A stretch of DNA of 64,000 nt, taken from the NCBI GenBank assembly GCA_026391255.1, contig JAPLDU010000055.1:925-64924 (forward strand). Direction: 5' to 3'. The number at the start of each line of letters is the position of its first letter. The stretch's first letter is position 1. Positions 17,556-25,614 of the stretch are shown here, one piece after another. The notes beneath the pieces were generated by a model that saw nothing but the letters and a program-made list of their open reading frames with translations, did no database searches and was not told where the DNA came from. The position numbers and the translations under genes were made by a program. The stretch is from Bacteroidia bacterium. Its GTDB lineage: Bacteria; Bacteroidota; Bacteroidia; Bacteroidales; JAPLDU01.

Positions 17556-20204
17556 TTATCTCACTGTGATTGTTCCCTTTAACCGCACATCCTTTGATGA
17601 TGCACCGATCATGATCTGAAAATCACCGGGCTCGATCACGGTATTAAGGTCTTTGTCAAGCATAGAAAGCATTTCAGGGCTGATTTCAAAACTGATGGTT
17701 TGTATTTCACCTTTTTTGAGGTGTATACGCTGGAAGGCCTTCAGTTCAATTACAGGACGGGCTACTGAGGCCAGCACATCATGAATATATAACTGTACCA
17801 CTTCGTCGCTATCCAGGTTTCCGGTGTTTTGAAGCTGAAAATGAACAATGGTTTTTTCACTCGCAGTAATAATGTTTTTGTCAAACTTCAGGTTATCGTA
17901 TGAAAATGAAGTATAGCTCAAGCCATAGCCAAAAGGGTACATGGCCTGCCCGGTCATATTGAGGTAATCATCGCCGCGGCCGGTGGGCTTATGGTTGTAT
18001 ACCAGCGGCAGTTGGCCTTCAAATACGGGAAATGTGATGGGTAATCTTCCCGCAGGATTGTAATCGCCAATGAGAATATCTGCTATGGCATCGCCGCCTT
18101 CTTCGCCCGGGTACCAGGCATCAAGAATGGCTGATGTATGTGATGGCCAGTCATTCGTAGCTGTCACAGCGCTTCCGGCCACAAGAATTACAATCACAGG
18201 TTTCCCTGTGGCACATAGCCTGCTGATCAGTTCTTCCTGTTTTCCGGGGAGGGAAAGATGTGCCCTGTCCCTGAATTCACCTTCCTCGATCCCTGCTACA
18301 AAAATAATGGCATCACATGGAGAGGCCATACTTACGGCAAAATCCTCATTCAATTTGCTCTGATCCCTGATTCCGGCGTTCCATACCAGGCTGAACCAGG
18401 CATTACCAGTCGGTTCATAGAATTCAATTCTGATGTCATATTCAGCATCTCTAAAAAAAAGATAATCCACAAGAGTTGATTGCCTGGTAATTTTTTGCCA
18501 CCTGTCAATTATTAGTTTATTGTTGATAAAAAGCCGGTAGCCATCATTTCCGTCTATCCCGATTTTGTAAGTGCCTGTACCGGGAGATTTTAGTTTCCCT
18601 GCCCATCGGACTGAATAATAACCATAGTCAAGACATTGCGGATCAGGTGAAAATAATGTCCATTGGAAATTGATTTCTTTATCATACCTGGTAAATTCTG
18701 GTGTACCCTCAAGTCTGACATTGTTGAAATATTCGCCTTTCAGACCGGGTTTCAGACTGTCATTTTCCTGATGAAGAAGGTAGCTGCCTGGAATTGTGAT
18801 GTATTCTCTGGTTGTTCTTTCACATCCTTTGATATACCTGATATTGACCGAACTTCCGAGCTTATTTTGTATACCTTTCAGAATGCTTATCTTATCATTC
18901 CCCGGGCCGCTGTAACCGCCCAGCCTGGCTTCATCGGCATCCGGGCCGATAACGGCTATACTTTTGATATCTTTTGAAAGAGGAAGTATATTATTATCAT
19001 TTTTAAGCAGTACTATGGATTCGAGGGCTGCCTTTTTTGCCAGCTCACGATGATCTGGATTTTTGTTCAATAGTTCTGCGTCATTAGTTTTGACATAAGG
19101 ATCGGAGAACAGTCCAAGCCTGAATTTTGCCCTCAGAACCCGGGCAACTGCGCTATCAATGACCGGAACAGGTATTTTACCCTCTTCAAACGCTTTGTAG
19201 AACAGGGGATAATGATCATATGAAGTTTGTAAAATAACGTCAAGACCGCTATTAAGAGAATTGATGGTTGCTTCTTCATAATCTTTTGCGGTCATATGAA
19301 GGACATTGGCTCCTCCGACTGCACCGGCATCCGATATCACGAATCCTTTAAACCCATATTCTTTTTTCAGTATCTGATTAATCAGGTGATCATTGGCGCT
19401 GCATGGACTTCCGTCCAGTGAATTATAGGACGTCATGACAGAGGTGGAGCCACCTTCAGTAATGCAGGTTTTGAAAGGAGGGAGGTAAATTTCCCTGAGC
19501 AGGCGATCGTTAAAATGGATAGGATAACTATCCCTGCCACCATCTCCTACATTTGCCAGGAAGTGCTTGGGAGTAGTAATTACTCCCTGTTTTTCAAATT
19601 CACTGACAAAAGCTTTAGCCATTACAGAGCAGAGATAAGGATCTTCTCCGTAAGTTTCTTCTGTGCGTCCCCAGCGTACATCGCTTGCTATGTTTACCAC
19701 CGGTGACAGAACCTGCCTGATGCCCCTGCTCCTGCACTCACTGGCAATAGCCGCTGATACCTGGTGCATCAGTGAATCATCGAAACTGGCCGCCAGGCCG
19801 ATAGATTGCGGGAAAGAGGTCGCTCCGGGCTGCACAAGCCCATGCAGGGCTTCCTCAAAAGGGATAATGGGAATTCCAAGCCTGGTGTTTTCCCTGAACC
19901 ATTTCTGCATGGAATTGACCTTCAAAGATATATCATACCGGGGATTTGAATTATCTGGTAATTCACCTACTCTTATCTGTATTCCGAAAATTCCATGACT
20001 GAACCTGCCCTTGTCTTTCATGAAATCATCAGGGATCATAAAGAGCTGCCAGAACTTTTCTTCCATGGTCATGCGTGAAAGCAGGTCTTTCACCCTTGTT
20101 TCGACTGGCAGTGATTCGTCTTTATAAGGCTGGGCCTGAACACCTGACAGTCCGGTGATCAGACAATAAATAAAAATAAAGGTCTTTGTTGATATTATCT
20201 TCAT
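17556..20204 (-). CDS. secreted glycoside hydrolase family 3 beta-glucosidase with PA14 insert
   Basis: There is a signal peptide. GH3 N-terminal and C-terminal domains are present, including the GFVISDAGAV nucleophile region. A PA14-like insert is present (GLKGEYFNNVRLEGTPEF...). Confidence 0.88.
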   Translation of the reverse strand: MKIISTKTFIFIYCLITGLSGVQAQPYKDESLPVETRVKDLLSRMTMEEKFWQLFMIPDDFMKDKGRFSHGIFGIQIRVGELPDNSNPRYDISLKVNSMQKWFRENTRLGIPIIPFEEALHGLVQPGATSFPQSIGLAASFDDSLMHQVSAAIASECRSRGIRQVLSPVVNIASDVRWGRTEETYGEDPYLCSVMAKAFVSEFEKQGVITTPKHFLANVGDGGRDSYPIHFNDRLLREIYLPPFKTCITEGGSTSVMTSYNSLDGSPCSANDHLINQILKKEYGFKGFVISDAGAVGGANVLHMTAKDYEEATINSLNSGLDVILQTSYDHYPLFYKAFEEGKIPVPVIDSAVARVLRAKFRLGLFSDPYVKTNDAELLNKNPDHRELAKKAALESIVLLKNDNNILPLSKDIKSIAVIGPDADEARLGGYSGPGNDKISILKGIQNKLGSSVNIRYIKGCERTTREYITIPGSYLLHQENDSLKPGLKGEYFNNVRLEGTPEFTRYDKEINFQWTLFSPDPQCLDYGYYSVRWAGKLKSPGTGTYKIGIDGNDGYRLFINNKLIIDRWQKITRQSTLVDYLFFRDAEYDIRIEFYEPTGNAWFSLVWNAGIRDQSKLNEDFAVSMASPCDAIIFVAGIEEGEFRDRAHLSLPGKQEELISRLCATGKPVIVILVAGSAVTATNDWPSHTSAILDAWYPGEEGGDAIADILIGDYNPAGRLPITFPVFEGQLPLVYNHKPTGRGDDYLNMTGQAMYPFGYGLSYTSFSYDNLKFDKNIITASEKTIVHFQLQNTGNLDSDEVVQLYIHDVLASVARPVIELKAFQRIHLKKGEIQTISFEISPEMLSMLDKDLNTVIEPGDFQIMIGASSKDVRLKGTITVR

Positions 20205-20208
20205 TAGA

Positions 20209-20397
20209 GAAAATTTGAAAATTTGAGGATTTGAAAATTATTAGATGTGAGTTGAACAATTATGAACAATTGAAAATAAGAGCAATTGAACAAATAAATA
20301 TATGAAATATAGAATATTATCAAACCGATAATTATCAAATTATCAACTTGCCTAATTATCACATTGTCAAATTATCACATTATCATATTATCACATT
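20209..20397. repeat. spacer composed of consecutive word arrays (TTTGAAAAT)n, (GAACAATT)n, (AATTATCAC)n
   Basis: The spacer contains GAAAATTTGAAAATTTGAGGATTTGAAAATT, then GTTGAACAATTATGAACAATTGAAAATAAGAGCAATTGAACAA, then AATTATCAAATTATCAAC..AATTATCACATTGTCAAATTATCACATTATCATATTATCACATT. Confidence 0.85.
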
Positions 20398-23327
20398 TTC
20401 AAATCATTTACCAGTGCATCGTACAATATCTCTGCCGGATGATAGGCTCTGCGGCTGGTTCCGTCGGCAATCTGGTGGCGGCAGCTCGTGCCGGGGGCAC
20501 AGATGAGCACGTCTTCATCGGTTTTTCTGATTTCTGGGAACAAGACTAATTCACCGATCTTCATTGAGACATCGTAATGTTCTTTTTCATAACCGAATGA
20601 ACCTGCCATTCCGCAACATCCTGAAGGAATTTCTTCAACGGTGTAGTTTTCCGGAAAAGAAAGGATTTTTTTTGTCGGAGAGGTAGAAGCAATAGCCTTT
20701 TGCTGGCAGTGACCGTGCAGCCTGATGTGCAGCTTGTTGCCGGTGAATGAGGATTTATCAATATTACCTTTCTCAATTTCCTTTTCAAGGAACTCTTCCA
20801 GCATGAATGAATTTTCAGCAATTTTCCTTGCGGAATCTCTCAGTTCATCCGGAACAAGTTCAGGGTATTCATCCCTGAAAGCCAGGATAGCTGAAGGTTC
20901 GATACCGATCAGCGGAGTAGACGGGCTGATAATGGATGATAATAGCGCCACATTCTTTGAGGCAATTTTTTTTGCTTTTCGAACCAGTCCTTTTGACAGG
21001 TAAGCTCTTCCGCTTTCAAGATGCCGGGGAATAATGACTGTGTAACCAAGTTTTTCAAGTAACAATATGGCTTTTATACCGATTTCAGGTTCGTTGTAAT
21101 TGGTGAATTCATCGTTGAAAAGGTATACTTTTCCTTTTGAACCGGATTTGTTTTCAGGTTCGGTTTTTTTCTTCATCCATGCACCAAGTGTAAGTCCTGA
21201 CAGGTGTGGTATCTGCCGTTCACGGGCAAAACCAAGCCAGCGTTTCAGTAATCCTGATGCTGTTTTGTTTTTGAAAAAGAAGTTGGTTAGGTCCGGAACT
21301 AATGAACCTATTTTGCTGATGGATGAGATATGGGCGATCATCCATGCCCTGAAAGGAATTCCATTGGCATCATAGTAATGCTGCAGGAACTCAGCTTTGA
21401 ATTTAGCCATATCGACTCCCGAAGGGCACTCTGATTTGCAGGCTTTACAGGAAAGGCAGAGGTCCATCACTTCATAAATCTCTTTATGGTTTAATGGGTC
21501 TTTACTCCCGGGGCGGTAGATAAAATCCCTGAGAATATTGGCCCTGGCCCGGGTGGTATCATATTCATTCCGGGTAGCCATGTAACTCGGACACATGGTG
21601 CCTCCGATCACTTCAGTTTTGCGGCAATCAGCCGATCCGTTGCACTTTTCAACAGCGCGTACAAAACCTTCCGTTGATGAATAGTCGAAATATGTTTTGA
21701 TTTGTGGTGGTAATGTCCCAGGTTCTACCCTGAACGAGGAGGTGATGGATGGTGTATCGGTAATTTTCCCGGGATTAAAAATGTGGTCAGGATCCCAGGT
21801 TTGTTTAATTTCTTTGAGCAGGCGGTAATTTTTCTCACCGATCATAAAAGGAATAAATTCACCGCGCAGCCTGCCATCACCATGCTCACCGCTGAGTGAG
21901 CCCCTGTATTTTTTAACGAGAACGGCAATCTCAGAGGCAATGGTATGAAACAGATCCACATCTTTTTTATCCTTCAGATTGAGGACAGGCTTCAGGTGCA
22001 ATTCTCCGGAACCTACATGCGCATAATAAACACAGGTCAGATGATGTTTTGCCAGAATTTTCTGAAACTCCTCAATATATGCAGGAAGCGATTCGCAACT
22101 CACTGCGGTATCTTCTATCACCGCTACGCTCTGTGCATCGCCCGGGATGTTCGACAGCAATCCAAGTCCAGCTTTCCGGAGGTCCCACACCTTTTTTGTT
22201 TCCGGTATAAAGAGCAATGGGAAATAATAGCCAAGCCCGGCGTTTCTCATCTCAGTTTCCATGGATGATGCCAGTTGCTGAATTTCTTCCCTGGTTTCAC
22301 GGGCGAACTCGATCATCAGGATTGCTCCCGGATCACCTTTGACAAAAAACCGGTTTTTGCTGTGTTCTATGCTGTACCTGGTGCAATCAAGGATGATCTT
22401 ATCCATGAGTTCCACTGCACCGGGTTTGTACTTCAAAGCAATCAGGTTGGCCAGTAATGCCTGGTTCACCGTATCGAAATGTGCGGCCACCACGCCTGTT
22501 TCTGAAGGTGGCAAAGGTACCAGGTTCAGTTTTATTTCTGTGATGAAGGCAAGAGTACCTTCTGATCCGGCTATCAGCTTTGTCATGTTGAAAGGCTTGC
22601 CATTGCCGGTAAAGGGATCGGTCTCGAGCAGGATATCGATCGCATAACCGGTATTGCGGCGATGCAAGGCAGGATCAGGAAATTCCTTGCGTATTTCTTC
22701 CTGGTTCAGTCTGTCCGACAATACCTGCCTGAGTTGCCTGTAAATCCTGTTTTCAAGATTATCACCAAAACATTTCTGATCAAATTCTTCCTTTGATAAA
22801 GGTTTGAATTCCACTTCGGAACCATCGCTGAGAAATGCATTTACAGAAATGGTATGATCCCTGGTGCTGCCGTATATAATGGAATGTGAGCCACATGAAT
22901 TATTTCCCACCATACCTCCGATCATGCAACGGTTAGAAGTGGATGTTTCCGGTCCGAAAAATAACCCGGAAGCAGCCAGGTATTTGTTCAGTTCATCAAG
23001 CACCACCCCTGGTTCCACCTTTACCCAATGTTCAGCAACATTCAGTTCGATGATTTTATTCAGGTGCTTTGACACATCCACTACGATACCGTTACCGACT
23101 ACCTGGCCGGCCAAAGAGGTGCCGGCAGTTCGCGGGATAACTGGTATTTTGAACTTTCCCGAAAAATCAAGGATTTTTCTGATGTCATTTTTGTTGCGAG
23201 GAATGGCAACTGCAAGCGGTAATTCCTTGTAAACCGAAGCATCTGTTGCATATAAGAGCCGCATGGTTTGGCCGGTATGAAATTCCCCTTCCAGCGAATG
23301 GCCGAGCTCTGTAAGTTTTTGGTGCAT
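20391..23327 (-). CDS. FAD-binding and (Fe-S)-binding oxidoreductase (GlcD-GlcF fusion, YdiJ-like 2-hydroxyacid dehydrogenase)
   Basis: The N-terminus is an FAD PCMH-type domain. A central ferredoxin-like cluster motif (CLSCKACKSECP) is present, and the C-terminus has Cys-rich CCG-like repeats. The start is taken at MHQKLTEL (23327). The ORF track extends to 23351. Confidence 0.8.
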   Translation of the reverse strand: MHQKLTELGHSLEGEFHTGQTMRLLYATDASVYKELPLAVAIPRNKNDIRKILDFSGKFKIPVIPRTAGTSLAGQVVGNGIVVDVSKHLNKIIELNVAEHWVKVEPGVVLDELNKYLAASGLFFGPETSTSNRCMIGGMVGNNSCGSHSIIYGSTRDHTISVNAFLSDGSEVEFKPLSKEEFDQKCFGDNLENRIYRQLRQVLSDRLNQEEIRKEFPDPALHRRNTGYAIDILLETDPFTGNGKPFNMTKLIAGSEGTLAFITEIKLNLVPLPPSETGVVAAHFDTVNQALLANLIALKYKPGAVELMDKIILDCTRYSIEHSKNRFFVKGDPGAILMIEFARETREEIQQLASSMETEMRNAGLGYYFPLLFIPETKKVWDLRKAGLGLLSNIPGDAQSVAVIEDTAVSCESLPAYIEEFQKILAKHHLTCVYYAHVGSGELHLKPVLNLKDKKDVDLFHTIASEIAVLVKKYRGSLSGEHGDGRLRGEFIPFMIGEKNYRLLKEIKQTWDPDHIFNPGKITDTPSITSSFRVEPGTLPPQIKTYFDYSSTEGFVRAVEKCNGSADCRKTEVIGGTMCPSYMATRNEYDTTRARANILRDFIYRPGSKDPLNHKEIYEVMDLCLSCKACKSECPSGVDMAKFKAEFLQHYYDANGIPFRAWMIAHISSISKIGSLVPDLTNFFFKNKTASGLLKRWLGFARERQIPHLSGLTLGAWMKKKTEPENKSGSKGKVYLFNDEFTNYNEPEIGIKAILLLEKLGYTVIIPRHLESGRAYLSKGLVRKAKKIASKNVALLSSIISPSTPLIGIEPSAILAFRDEYPELVPDELRDSARKIAENSFMLEEFLEKEIEKGNIDKSSFTGNKLHIRLHGHCQQKAIASTSPTKKILSFPENYTVEEIPSGCCGMAGSFGYEKEHYDVSMKIGELVLFPEIRKTDEDVLICAPGTSCRHQIADGTSRRAYHPAEILYDALVNDLKM

Positions 23328-23361
23328 AAATGAAATAAAAGCCAATTGCAAAAATAAGAAG

Positions 23362-23412
23362 CTAAATTAATTTGAAAATTTGAAAATGTGCAAATTTGAA
23401 AATTAAATCCGT
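23362..23412 (-). promoter_or_regulatory. 51-bp repeat module upstream of the YdiJ-like oxidase gene (copy 2), promoter-like
   Basis: It has the same sequence and orientation as 11868-11918. It ends 34 nt upstream of ATG 23327. Confidence 0.5.
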
Positions 23413-23446
23413 TTCACGGAATAAGATTATCGACAACAGTTGGTAT

Positions 23447-23478
23447 TTCATAACTCATAATTCATAACTCATAACTAA
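23447..23478. repeat. inverted copy of the 6363-6395 word repeat
   Basis: See the 6363-6395 entry. This copy lies in the divergent spacer between the YdiJ-like gene and yqeY. Confidence 0.85.
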
Positions 23479-23557
23479 AATCCTTATCTTTGGGGATGCG
23501 GTGAAAAGCACCGGCAAAAATAAATATCATTAGTAATTAATTGATTAATTGTTTGTC

Positions 23558-24007
23558 ATGAATCTAACTGAACGGATAAATGAAGACATCAGGCTGGCTA
23601 TGAAAGCCGGTGAGAAAGAGAAACTGGATGCTCTGCGTGCTGTAAAAGCAGCGATTTTGCTGGCAAATACCGAAAGAAAAGGGGCTCAGTTATCTCAGGA
23701 TGATGAATTAAAGCTGCTTCAGAAGCTGGTTAAACAGAGAAAGGAAGCGGCAGATATTTACAGGCAGCAATCAAGGGAAGATCTCTTTAAAGTTGAGGAT
23801 TATCAAGCAAAAGTAATAGAAAAGTACCTGCCAGAACAATTGTCCGGTGAAGAAATTGATGTAATTATCAGGCAAATAATTGCCTCAACAGGTGCCAGCT
23901 CACAAAAGGATATGGGAAAGGTAATGGGTCTGGCGTCAAAGCAATTGGCTGGCAAAGCCGATAATAAAATGCTTGCTGAAAAAGTGAAGAGCCTGCTTGG
24001 CGCCTGA
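23558..24007 (+). CDS. GatB/YqeY domain-containing protein
   Basis: The sequence follows the YqeY family pattern (MNLTERINEDIRLAMKAGEKEKLDALR...). The ATG at 23558 lies inside a TTG-initiated ORF. Confidence 0.85.
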   Translation: MNLTERINEDIRLAMKAGEKEKLDALRAVKAAILLANTERKGAQLSQDDELKLLQKLVKQRKEAADIYRQQSREDLFKVEDYQAKVIEKYLPEQLSGEEIDVIIRQIIASTGASSQKDMGKVMGLASKQLAGKADNKMLAEKVKSLLGA

Positions 24008-24018
24008 TGTTCAGGTTA

Positions 24019-24348
24019 TTATTTAATCTGTTGCGAATTACCATCTTCCTGCCCCGATTCACTCAGAATGGTATTGATCCTGCTGCAGATAAGAAATAAC
24101 ACTCCAATGAGTACCAATGGTCCTGAAAGGTACAATACCCTGAGAATGCTAAGTTGGCTCCAAACCATAATAGTGTAACCAAGCCCGAGAGCTATGAAAA
24201 GCATTCCGCCCGTAAACTCCTTTTTCCAGGCGATGGTTTTAATACTGAAGGCATCAAATGAAAAAGAGGCAAGGAAGAGCGCCATTGCAATAGCCAGGAT
24301 GCGGGGAGAATAATATAATATCTTATAAGCAAGTGATTTGTCTTTCAT
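24019..24348 (-). CDS. small integral membrane protein, unknown function
   Basis: Three to four predicted hydrophobic helices are present. No family was recognised. The start is taken at MKDKSLAYK. Confidence 0.45.
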   Translation of the reverse strand: MKDKSLAYKILYYSPRILAIAMALFLASFSFDAFSIKTIAWKKEFTGGMLFIALGLGYTIMVWSQLSILRVLYLSGPLVLIGVLFLICSRINTILSESGQEDGNSQQIK

Positions 24349-24401
24349 TCTGTTTATTATTAAATCAGGTGCAAATAAAATAAATATCTTAACCAATTAC
24401 A

Positions 24402-24509
24402 TTAATTTTAGAATTACGATCCGCCGGAGGCGGAACGATTTACAAATATAAACAAATGACATTTAGTTGATTAATCAATATTTAAGTAATAAATAAATCT
24501 CGGTTTAAT
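24402..24509. repeat. ~100-bp intergenic element, same family (copy 3), carrying an inserted GC mini-palindrome at 24420-24434
   Basis: The sequence is TTAATTTTAGAATTACGA[TCCGCCGGAGGCGGA]ACGATTTACAAATATAAACAAATGACATTTAGTTGATTAATC...ATCTCGGTTTAAT. Confidence 0.8.
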
Positions 24510-24525
24510 ATAATTTAATATCACA

Positions 24526-25272
24526 ATGAATATTTCTTTTAAAGAAAAATTCCGGCAACTCTGGAAACAGTACTTTAAAAATGCAGAACTGCCCATTGCT
24601 TACTATTTTACTGATGAGGAGGTTCCCGGCGTAAAAAAAGCAGTGCCTACCCAAAAGTGGAACTGCCTGATTTGTGAATTGTCGAAAGTAAGGAATGGAG
24701 AATCCCTGTCTTTCAATTTAGAATCCCTGGGATGTACCGGTGCCAGGAGATACCTGGGATATACGGACAAATTGCGTCCCGGTTTTGAGTATTTTCTTTC
24801 CTGTGGGAATGAGAAAATGGAAGGAGAGAGGTATAAACAATCACCGGAATTGGTTGAGGCATTACTTAAAAACCAGAGAAAAATGCCGGCTCATATTAAG
24901 AATATAGTTTTCCGTCCCTGGGATCAGCTTACTGAGACAGACAATCCGGAGATGGTGGTATTTTTTGCCAAAGCAGATGTACTGGCCGGTTTGTTCACAC
25001 TGGCCAACTATGACCAGGAGGAACCGGATGGTGTGTTTGCTCCGTTTTCAGCCGGTTGCGGGTCAATTGTGTACTTTCCTTATTTTGAGAGTATTTCAAA
25101 GCGTCCCAGGGCTGTGCTGGGTATGTTTGATATTTCGGCACGTCCCTATGTACCTGCAGATACCCTTAGCTTTACAATTCCAATGATCAAATTTGAGAAA
25201 ATGGTTGACTTTATGGATGAAAGCTTCCTGATCACCAACTCATGGAAAAACATAATGAAACGATTGGATTAA
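24526..25272 (+). CDS. DUF169 domain-containing protein
   Basis: The pattern is typical of DUF169 (…LESLGCTGARRYLGY…, …FSAGCGS…), judged by eye. Confidence 0.65.
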   Translation: MNISFKEKFRQLWKQYFKNAELPIAYYFTDEEVPGVKKAVPTQKWNCLICELSKVRNGESLSFNLESLGCTGARRYLGYTDKLRPGFEYFLSCGNEKMEGERYKQSPELVEALLKNQRKMPAHIKNIVFRPWDQLTETDNPEMVVFFAKADVLAGLFTLANYDQEEPDGVFAPFSAGCGSIVYFPYFESISKRPRAVLGMFDISARPYVPADTLSFTIPMIKFEKMVDFMDESFLITNSWKNIMKRLD

Positions 25273-25366
25273 TCACGCAGAGACGCTAAGACGCAAAGAA
25301 AATTATCTAATCTTATCGAATAATATAGATCGATATTTTTATGAATAGCCTCTCAATTTATCTTGG

Positions 25367-25590
25367 TATCTTATTTCTAAAATCGTGATGCGTTTTGGCA
25401 AAAAATTCCAAAAAACAAATCACAAAAAACAAATAATAAACAATCTGCCACGGCGGACAAAATTTCAAATACGAAACAAACTATTTTGAATTTGTCATTT
25501 TGTTGATTGATATTTATTTGTGATTTGTTCCGCCACGGCGGATTGAGATTTGTGATTTCTTGTTTGGTTCTGGCTTGTCCAGGTTAGGGT
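25367..25590. repeat. ~225-bp palindromic (MITE-like) element E1, in a convergent spacer
   Basis: It is colinear with 49174-49468. The left arm (...TTTTGGCAAAAAAT..CACAAAAAACAAATAATAAACAAT...) is an imperfect inverted repeat of the right arm (...ATTGATATTTATTTGTGATTTGT...GAGATTTGTGATTTCTTGTTTGG). Each arm carries a (T)CCGCCACGGCGGA-type mini-palindrome. Confidence 0.8.
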
Positions 25591-25614
25591 AAACGAAACA
25601 CAGATGGAGATATA

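Noticed and set aside
17376-17582. A 68-aa ORF in the purL/GH3 spacer. A similar one lies at 9419-9652 upstream of ftsZ-C.
   Set aside because: Both are translated from CACAAAGG/CCTTTGTGG word-repeat DNA and overlap neighbouring genes. No coding signal is present.
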